This document shows, piece by piece, positions 1 to 5,939 of a stretch of DNA of 14,260 bases. Each line of letters begins with the position of its first letter. Within the stretch, counting starts at the first letter, position 1. The notes beneath the pieces were generated by a model. The model was not told the origin of the DNA and ran no database searches. It worked only from the letters and a program-made list of their open reading frames with translations. The translations under genes were made by a program, and so were the position numbers. The DNA is from Candidatus Scalinduaceae bacterium (GTDB taxonomy: Bacteria > Planctomycetota > Brocadiia > Brocadiales > Scalinduaceae), in contig JBHICG010000076.1 of NCBI GenBank assembly GCA_046759445.1, positions 1 to 14,260 of the forward strand. Direction: 5' to 3'.

Positions 1-429
1 TGTAAAAGTTTGAGTTGCGCCATAGGCTGTTCTACCTTCCTTTTTCATCCAGGGCAATTCAGAAACAATATCTGTGTCCTTGTCCTTCTCAATAAGAGCT
101 TTTCTCGCTGAGCTAGAGTTGATGCAGTAAGCAAATAACCGATTAAAGCCTTCTAAGGTTTGTTGAGAGGAAAATAAGAGCCAAGGCTTTTCCTTTGAAA
201 CTTTACATTCAATTATAAATGATATATCGATAAATCCTGTAAAATCTGGATACGATGCAATAACATCGATTTCCCTTAATTTTGCGTCTTCAGGATCAAA
301 AAAATATCGAGATTGAATAACATCAAAACCAATTTTCCTTAAAGATGCTGCAACACGCATCTCAAGAGGGTATCCTTGATCTAACAACCATTTTTTAATC
401 TTCTTTTTAAGATCTTTTTGAGAATTCAT
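1..429 (-). CDS. PD-(D/E)XK nuclease-like protein, N-terminal 143 codons; continues beyond the left edge
   Basis: Manual translation from ATG at 429 is open to position 1: MNSQKDLKKKIKKWLLDQGYPLEMRVAASLRKIGFDVIQSRYFFDPEDAKLREIDVIASYPDFTGFIDISFIIECKVSKEKPWLLF... The GYPLE...EIDV...IECK pattern matches the E...D...ExK restriction-endonuclease-like motif. Not in the ORF track because there is no stop in the window. Confidence 0.8.
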   Translation of the reverse strand, partial: MNSQKDLKKKIKKWLLDQGYPLEMRVAASLRKIGFDVIQSRYFFDPEDAKLREIDVIASYPDFTGFIDISFIIECKVSKEKPWLLFSSQQTLEGFNRLFAYCINSSSARKALIEKDKDTDIVSELPWMKKEGRTAYGATQTFT

Positions 430-436
430 TGTTAAG

Positions 437-454
437 ATCTAACATTACTTTTAT
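437..454 (-). other. Putative cassette junction A (integron core-like GTTAGAT)
   Basis: Minus strand reads ATAAAAGTAAT-GTTAGAT, 7 nt before the nuclease ATG. 439-454 matches 1173-1188 at 15/16 nt. Confidence 0.45.
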
Positions 455-463
455 TTCTTTTGT

Positions 464-530
464 GCGATCAGACTTGCTACTGATTTATTATCTGCTATCT
501 ATAGCTGGATCAGTCTTACAAAGCTGAGCT
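464..530 (+). repeat. Two degenerate REP-like palindromes
   Basis: ATCAG-acttgcta-CTGAT (467-484) and GCTGGATCAGTCTTACAAAGCTGAGCT (504-530) resemble GCTGGTTCAATCTGCAAGATTGAACC at 1879-1904. Confidence 0.45.
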
Positions 531-567
531 TAGCTCCGCAGATTGATTCCAAATGTTCCAAATGTTT

Positions 568-682
568 TGGTTCAGGTCACGACTTAGGCGGATCTGTTCG
601 CCACAGCGAATCTGCCTCGGGCACGACCTTCGGTACGACTACCAGCCCGATCATGTCGTTTTGCCGGCAAGCCTGAACCAGC
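568..682. repeat. GC-rich multi-stem palindromic element (nested REP/MITE-like)
   Basis: Terminal inverted repeat TGGTTCAGG 568-576 / CCTGAACCA 672-680. Inner stems: ACGAC/GTCGT, AGGCGGA/TCTGCCT, TTCGC/GCGAA and CGGGC/GCCCG. Perfect palindrome TTGCCGGCAA at 661-670. Confidence 0.7.
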
Positions 683-694
683 GTGATGAAATTA

Positions 695-919
695 CTATGT
701 TTTCAATAATGATAATTTAACGTCCTTCTTTAATGTTACTTTTTCAAAATAAGAACCAGGATAAATGTAATCCTCTCCACTTTCATCAATAATTCTTATA
801 TCCCCATCTTCTTCTACAGTTTTATCTGGTATAACTTGATATAATTTATGTAATTCCAGAGAAGCTCGATACCCTGCGTTGTTAATGCAAACGACAAACT
901 TAATTCTCTTAATATCCAT
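695..919 (-). CDS. Conserved hypothetical protein (74 aa), second gene of a putative toxin-antitoxin-like pair
   Basis: Start revised from 973 to ATG 919: GAGG RBS upstream, and the upstream gene stops 1 nt before (TAA-A-ATG). FVVCINNxGYxASLE...IRIIDESGEDYxYP is a motif I recognise from a widespread small hypothetical family. Confidence 0.8.
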   Translation of the reverse strand: MDIKRIKFVVCINNAGYRASLELHKLYQVIPDKTVEEDGDIRIIDESGEDYIYPGSYFEKVTLKKDVKLSLLKT

Positions 920-920
920 T

Positions 921-1151
921 TTATAAATACCTCTTTCTTTTAATTTCTTTTTTACCAATTCCATGCGCTTCATACCAATGCAATTCTGCTACCTTAATTT
1001 TACCATTTCTTAGTTTTATAGTCGCGATACCTTTCAATTTTCTCCAATTTCCTTTTCCATACATTTTTTTTATACGCTTGAGGTTACGTATCCCACATCA
1101 CTTAGAAATAACTTCAATATTTTCAATTTTGCCTAATATCTTGAAATGCAT
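921..1151 (-). pseudogene. Small basic hypothetical protein (77 codons including stop) interrupted by in-frame TGA at codon 18
   Basis: MHFKILGKIENIEVISK*CGIRNLKRIKKMYGKGNWRKLKGIATIKLRNGKIKVAELHWYEAHGIGKKEIKRKRYL. The TGA is at 1098-1100 and the frame is otherwise intact, with WRKLKG and ELHWYEAHGIG motifs. Confidence 0.8.
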
Positions 1152-1170
1152 ATATTTTATATATTTTGAC

Positions 1171-1188
1171 CCCTAACATTATTTTTAT
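1171..1188 (-). other. Putative cassette junction B (GTTAGGG)
   Basis: Minus strand reads ATAAAAATAAT-GTTAGGG, 19 nt before ATG 1151. Near-identical to junction A on the upstream side. Confidence 0.45.
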
Positions 1189-1256
1189 ATTATTGTAAAA
1201 AATGTATTTATTATTTTACTATCAATGGGTTTTACTTTTGCTTATTTTTCAAAAGG

Positions 1257-1805
1257 TCATAAATATTTACCTGGATTTAGCATTGCATTATTAATTTCAT
1301 CGATGTCAAACTTCTCAGGATTGTAATCACCGAGCGACTCCAAAAGGTCTTTATGTTCGCTTTTGTTTTTAGTTTTTAAAGCATCAATTACGTCTTCGTA
1401 TCCGGGAACACCTCCACAATCTTCCGGTGGTGCGTTTCGCTTCCCGTCTAAACATTTTGGATATTGAACTCCTTTTTCTTTTTTGAACACATTAACAATT
1501 TCAATTTCGTGTTCCCAATTATCTCCAAAATCGTAAGTGTAAAGAACCCTCTGCCCTTTCTCAATCAAGAACTCAGTAATCTTGTTTTTGACATCTAAAT
1601 CGTCATTTTCAAATTCCTTGTCAGGTATGGAGAAAATGGTTCCACTTACATTAAAATTGTAAAGGTGCGAATTTGTCCAGCCAAACGAAATCTGAATAAT
1701 TTCAAGAAGTCTTTTAAAGGTAATATCATTCTTAATTAAAATTTCACGCCATATTTCAGGTTTAATATCTGGGATTGTAATTCGAAGTTTTAAAATACTG
1801 GTCAT
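1257..1805 (-). CDS. Plasmid pRiA4b ORF-3 family protein
   Basis: Motifs P.IWR.I, FGW.N.HL..F, YTYDFGDNWEH.I and APPEDCGG..GY. Confidence 0.9.
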   Translation of the reverse strand: MTSILKLRITIPDIKPEIWREILIKNDITFKRLLEIIQISFGWTNSHLYNFNVSGTIFSIPDKEFENDDLDVKNKITEFLIEKGQRVLYTYDFGDNWEHEIEIVNVFKKEKGVQYPKCLDGKRNAPPEDCGGVPGYEDVIDALKTKNKSEHKDLLESLGDYNPEKFDIDEINNAMLNPGKYL

Positions 1806-1830
1806 AGGTGATTTTCCTATTTTTTTTTCA

Positions 1831-1837
1831 GTATAAC
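1831..1837 (-). other. Putative cassette junction C (GTTATAC)
   Basis: GTT core variant 25 nt before ATG 1805. Weaker match than junctions A and B. Confidence 0.3.
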
Positions 1838-1878
1838 ACCTTTACTAAAACATATTCTTTTCGCATTTCTTACTCCTT

Positions 1879-1962
1879 GCTGGTTCAATCTGCAAGATTG
1901 AACCTTATAAGTAACACTTGCGTCAATCATCGACAGAGGTAAATGAAGTTTGGAGACTGACG
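1879..1962. repeat. Pair of REP-like hairpins
   Basis: Perfect 9-bp stem GGTTCAATC-tgcaa-GATTGAACC (1882-1904), preceded by GCT. Second inverted repeat CGTCAATC 1921-1928 / GACTGACG 1955-1962. Confidence 0.6.
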
Positions 1963-1973
1963 ATAGCGATTCG

Positions 1974-2186
1974 CTATGCATATTTTAATCTTCCCTTAGG
2001 AACTGGAATTTCTCTTCCAATATCCTCCGCTGTTTCAATCCATTCTTCAATAACCCTCTGGACATTGGTTAAAGCTTCTTGATAGGTTTTACCATCCGAC
2101 ATGCATCCAGCTAATTCTGGCACCTCAGCTATGAAAGCCTCATCATCCTTGCTCCAATAAATAATAATTTCGTATTTACTATTCAT
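1974..2186 (-). CDS. hicB: HicB-family antitoxin, short form (70 aa)
   Basis: YEIIIYWS.DD.AFIAEVPEL.GCM.DG.TY.EAL...IP.P. Starts 1 nt after the hicA stop. Confidence 0.93.
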   Translation of the reverse strand: MNSKYEIIIYWSKDDEAFIAEVPELAGCMSDGKTYQEALTNVQRVIEEWIETAEDIGREIPVPKGRLKYA

Positions 2187-2187
2187 A

Positions 2188-2442
2188 TTATTCCTCCATG
2201 GCTAACTTATAATGTTCAATCATACTTCTAACTTGTTTTACCTGATAAGGTTTTGCATTTGATCCTTTTGGCTGTAAATTCAAAATTTCTTCAATTCCCT
2301 CTTTTGTAAAGATATAATGATTTCCTTTAATTCTTTCACTAAAACCAAGCTTTTTCAATAATTTACACAACTCAGAAAAAGAAACATTTTTGTCAGAAGT
2401 TCCTCTCATTATTTTTAAGATTAACTTTTCATATTTCCCCAT
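2188..2442 (-). CDS. hicA: HicA-family toxin (mRNA interferase)
   Basis: 84 aa, basic. F.EL..LL..LGF.ERIKGNH.IF...LNLQP....AKPYQVKQVR. RBS AGAGGAAGAAGG; lies upstream of hicB. Confidence 0.9.
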   Translation of the reverse strand: MGKYEKLILKIMRGTSDKNVSFSELCKLLKKLGFSERIKGNHYIFTKEGIEEILNLQPKGSNAKPYQVKQVRSMIEHYKLAMEE

Positions 2443-2490
2443 CCTTCTTCCTCTTACATGAATATCATCATTACTTAACTGTAAGGAAAT

Positions 2491-2539
2491 AGATTCCTGC
2501 TGTAGTTTATCCCGTATTCAATACGGGGTAGGAATGGCA
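2491..2539. repeat. REP-like palindrome with an inner hairpin
   Basis: Outer ATTCCTGC 2493-2500 / GTAGGAAT 2528-2535. Inner perfect CCCGTATT-c-AATACGGG 2511-2527. Resembles GTCATTCC...GGAATC-type intergenic repeats. Confidence 0.65.
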
Positions 2540-2644
2540 AAAAGCTGAACAATTATACTTATGTCCAACTCTTAATGTTTTCAGAATATATTCTCTTTTT
2601 AGTTTCTATCACGATTATCGATTAACGTTCTACGTTTCTAAACA

Positions 2645-2690
2645 CCTGAGGTGACCCTGTTGGCAAACTCAAGACCCGTCCTCAGGCGGG
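2645..2690. repeat. GC-rich palindromic element downstream of the priA-guaB run (possible terminator or REP)
   Basis: CCTGAGG 2645-2651 / CCTCAGG 2680-2686, with an alternative hairpin CCCGTC-ctca-GGCGGG at 2675-2690. Confidence 0.5.
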
Positions 2691-2717
2691 GTACGCAAAC
2701 TTTCAACACTTGACTTG

Positions 2718-3365
2718 TTATTCTACCTTTTGAGCGATTAAGCTTGCCACTGACTTATCAGGGGCTATCTCTCCCTCTCGATAATAAAGGATGTGGAAAT
2801 CTCTGAAGTAATTAAGAAGTTCGTTATGTTTTAATAAATACTCTGGATTCTTGGGTCCTGGCGCATCAGTACCGTACTTTAACTGGTCAATGGTATACGT
2901 CTCAAACAGTACCATGCCACCCATCTTCAAGCCATCCTTGATTTGGGGAATAAGATTTCTTTGTGTATAATAAATACACGTTATAAGATCATATTTACGT
3001 GTTGGTATTTTATATTTCTCAAGATCTACCACTAAGGCATTTAATTTTACTTTGTTCTCCCTGGCTAAGAGCTTGCTCTTCTCTATAGCTATCTCAGAGA
3101 TATCACAACCATCCACATCAAATCCATTCCTGGCCAGAAAAACTGCATTTCTCCCTTCCCCCATGGCCAAAACCATCGCCCTGCCTTTAGTCAGGATATT
3201 AATATTTTCCTTTAGAAGTTTTGTCGGTTCTTTCCCGTATACATATTCCTTGGTATCATATCGTTTGTTCCATTTCTTTCGGTCTTCTTCATTAGCATTA
3301 ACAATTTGACTAAGACAAATAAGTAAAAGGCAGAAAAACATTATAAACGTTAATGCCATCTTCAT
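2718..3365 (-). CDS. Class I SAM-dependent methyltransferase (TehB-like) with N-terminal signal peptide
   Basis: W..RY...YVYG.EP, motif I LAMGEGRNAVFLA, and CDIS. Hydrophobic N-terminus ending VNA. Confidence 0.85.
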   Translation of the reverse strand: MKMALTFIMFFCLLLICLSQIVNANEEDRKKWNKRYDTKEYVYGKEPTKLLKENINILTKGRAMVLAMGEGRNAVFLARNGFDVDGCDISEIAIEKSKLLARENKVKLNALVVDLEKYKIPTRKYDLITCIYYTQRNLIPQIKDGLKMGGMVLFETYTIDQLKYGTDAPGPKNPEYLLKHNELLNYFRDFHILYYREGEIAPDKSVASLIAQKVE

Positions 3366-3370
3366 ATCGG

Positions 3371-3817
3371 TTAAAAATCTGGTGAATAGAGTTTTTGTCG
3401 TAGCTCTTCTGCATTATCAAGTACTTTTTTTTGCATTTCCTTCCTGGATAATGGTTCCAATTCTACTAAATCATAATTTAAAATGTGATCGTCCTTCATA
3501 TTAAAGGGCAAGGCAAATTCTGAAACGAAATCCAGTGGAAATATTTGATATATAGGAGGTTTAATTTTTTCGAATACCGTTTCTCTTTTGCGTATAAGCT
3601 TTCCGTCAGCGTCTCTTTTCTCTATGGTTATCTTTCTGGTACCATAATACGTAAATGGTATTGTAACGGGGCTTTCACCAACAAGTTTATCATCAATATA
3701 TACCAATGCATTACTTGGATTTGTCCTAACCGTTATAGTCCTGGTTACACAACCGAACAAAAGAAAAACAGCTATAAAAGGGATTAAAAAGTTGAAATAT
3801 TTTATAGGTAAGATCAT
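3371..3817 (-). CDS. PEGA-domain lipoprotein
   Basis: Lipobox LFGC, then ITVRTNPSNALVYIDD..VG.SPV...FTYYG.R.ITIEK. Confidence 0.8.
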   Translation of the reverse strand: MILPIKYFNFLIPFIAVFLLFGCVTRTITVRTNPSNALVYIDDKLVGESPVTIPFTYYGTRKITIEKRDADGKLIRKRETVFEKIKPPIYQIFPLDFVSEFALPFNMKDDHILNYDLVELEPLSRKEMQKKVLDNAEELRQKLYSPDF

Positions 3818-3901
3818 AAAAGTAAAATTAGTAGATGGAACGGATTTGAAATGTATTCAATGCCCCAATTGTAAAAAAATTATTGCCTATCACACCATTT
3901 C

Positions 3902-4381
3902 TTAAGACGCGAAGAGATCAATTATTTCCACTTCGCATGTTTCACTATCCATGATTGCTACGGAACTCTTACCATTAACCCACCCGCCACATTCGCCCGG
4001 ATTCACGTATATCTTCCCATTTTTTCGTATCTCAGATTCATGCGTATGCCCAAATACAATAACGTCAGCATCTTTTTCTAATTGTGAATCTAAGCTCTCA
4101 AGGGAATGTACAACAAGAAATTGTTTGCCATCCATATTAAAAAAACGAGGTCCTTCATAAATTTCTTTACACAGGTTATTTATACCTCGTTTCTCACCAT
4201 CATTATTCCCGAATACACCGATTAATTTAACATTAAGTTTTAAAAACTCTTTTACCGCAAAAGGAGCAATGTAATCACCTGCATGAATAACAAACTCGAC
4301 ACTACTTTGATTAAAAAAAGCAACTGCCTTTTTAATCATTGGTACGTTATCATGTGAATCCGCAACTATACCAATTTTCAT
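3902..4381 (-). CDS. Metallophosphoesterase, YfcE/MJ0936 family
   Basis: Motifs DSHDN, HAGD, GNND, VVH, FGHTH and NPGE. Confidence 0.92.
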   Translation of the reverse strand: MKIGIVADSHDNVPMIKKAVAFFNQSSVEFVIHAGDYIAPFAVKEFLKLNVKLIGVFGNNDGEKRGINNLCKEIYEGPRFFNMDGKQFLVVHSLESLDSQLEKDADVIVFGHTHESEIRKNGKIYVNPGECGGWVNGKSSVAIMDSETCEVEIIDLFAS

Positions 4382-4401
4382 AATTTGTCAGGTTCCACGT
4401 A

Positions 4402-5928
4402 TTACATCCTTTTTCTATCAGGAGGATAAAATAATGTAGCATCAGGTGAAGTATATGAATGTAAATCGTGAACAGTCCCTTCTCTTTGGGAAGATGGTGA
4501 TCGTGCTTCAAAAGACAGATTACCGTTGTAAAGTCCCTTATGCAATTCCCTTATTGATCTATAACCAAGATTTTGTATTGCGTGTAAGAGGCTTTTTATA
4601 ATATATTCTCCAAAATGAACCACTGAACCCTTGTCTACTACCGTACCTGACACGCCTTGAGCAATCTTAACCTTGTCTTCCTCCGAATAATATCTCTTGC
4701 CACCACCCTTTTCCATAGCTTCCAATGATGCCATCCCTCTATATTTTTTCAGACGAACACCACCCTCATAAAAATACTCACCAGGTGCTTCGCTAGTTCC
4801 TGCAAGCATTGAGCCAAGCATTACAGTGCTTGCCCCTAAAGCTAATGCCTTAACTATATTTCCTATGTTAGCAATGCCACCATCCGCAATTACTGGTATT
4901 TTTGCGTACTCTCTGGCAAATTTTGCACAATGATAAACGGCAGAACCCTGCGCCCTACCAACTGCAACAGTATCCTGTGTAATACATATAGAGCCCGAAC
5001 CCATTCCTATCCTGAGCGCATCTACTCCTGCATCAATTAGAGATTTGCATTGCTTAGCAGTTACAACGTTACCACCTATGACTTCGATATGAGTATAATT
5101 CTTCTTTATATGCTTTATCATATTATGCTGATAAATTGAATCACCCTGAGAAGAATCAACTACTATTATGTCTGCTCCTGCATCTACCAACTCTTTAAGT
5201 CGTTCTTTATCTTCATCTCTTGTTGAGATAGCAGCTCCGACCAGTAACTGCTTTACCGCACCCTTTGAAGCATAAGGGAAATCTTCGTTTTTTAATAAAT
5301 CAGTCCTGCTCATTAATAATACCAAATGTCCCTCTTTATCTATTAAAGGCAATTTCCCCTTCTTCGACTCCTTGAGTATTTTATTCCCTTCCGCAAGCGT
5401 AATGCCAGCAGGCGCTGTAACAAGTTTGGTAATCATAACGTCTTTGAGTTTCTTTGTTCTGTCTACCTCAAAATCTATGTCCCTTCGTGTAACGATGCCC
5501 ACCAGTTTGGAATCTAATGTCCCATCTTCCGTTATTGGTATACCAGAAAATCCGTATGTCTTCTTGATCTTATCAACATCCGCAATAGTATTTTCCGGAC
5601 TGAGTGTTACAGGTTCGGTGATGAACCCGTTTTCAAATCTTTTTACCAACTGAACTTCCTTAACCTGTTCGTCAATTGAATTGTTATAATGTATAATGCC
5701 TATTCCTCCCAGGAGAGCCATATATATTGCCATCTTTGACCCTGTTACAGTATCCATTGGTGAGCTAACAAGGGGCCTTTTTATCTTAAGATTTTGTGTA
5801 AGGTTTGTTTCCAAATCAACATCCTTTACGGCAAAACCTATATAACCTGGTAGAAGGATAAAGTCATTATATGTTAGACCACCACTATCTGCAAAAAACG
5901 CTTTGGCGCTAAATCCATTTTCAGACAT
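4402..5928 (-). CDS. guaB: Inosine-5'-monophosphate dehydrogenase with CBS pair, eukaryote-like sequence type
   Basis: SSPMDTVT, catalytic loop [16 protein letters not shown] and YRGM, plus a CBS insert. Confidence 0.97.
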   Translation of the reverse strand: MSENGFSAKAFFADSGGLTYNDFILLPGYIGFAVKDVDLETNLTQNLKIKRPLVSSPMDTVTGSKMAIYMALLGGIGIIHYNNSIDEQVKEVQLVKRFENGFITEPVTLSPENTIADVDKIKKTYGFSGIPITEDGTLDSKLVGIVTRRDIDFEVDRTKKLKDVMITKLVTAPAGITLAEGNKILKESKKGKLPLIDKEGHLVLLMSRTDLLKNEDFPYASKGAVKQLLVGAAISTRDEDKERLKELVDAGADIIVVDSSQGDSIYQHNMIKHIKKNYTHIEVIGGNVVTAKQCKSLIDAGVDALRIGMGSGSICITQDTVAVGRAQGSAVYHCAKFAREYAKIPVIADGGIANIGNIVKALALGASTVMLGSMLAGTSEAPGEYFYEGGVRLKKYRGMASLEAMEKGGGKRYYSEEDKVKIAQGVSGTVVDKGSVVHFGEYIIKSLLHAIQNLGYRSIRELHKGLYNGNLSFEARSPSSQREGTVHDLHSYTSPDATLFYPPDRKRM

Positions 5929-5939
5929 TTTTTAACCTC

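Noticed and set aside
547..564. Tandem duplication TTCCAAATG x2 as a target-site duplication
   Set aside because: Both copies are on the same side of the adjacent element; likely replication slippage.
464..682. CRISPR array
   Set aside because: The repeats are degenerate, irregularly spaced and in mixed orientation, and there are no cas genes.
437..694. Canonical attC site
   Set aside because: No complementary core arm or L-box pairing with the GTTAGAT core. The palindromes present do not include the core.
920..973. N-terminal extension of ORF 695..973
   Set aside because: It overlaps the 3' end of the upstream pseudogene in another frame. The RBS and coupling favour ATG 919.
1098..1100. 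In-frame TGA next to Cys as possible selenocysteine or recoding
   Set aside because: No convincing SECIS-like hairpin follows. TGA is a normal stop in other genes here (pRiA4b ORF3-family gene, priA, rpe), and a GGA>TGA nonsense change is simpler.
2661..2710. c-di-GMP-I riboswitch-like GGCAAAC...ACGCAAA
   Set aside because: No GNRA tetraloop, receptor or P3 stem, and it points antisense into the end of a gene.
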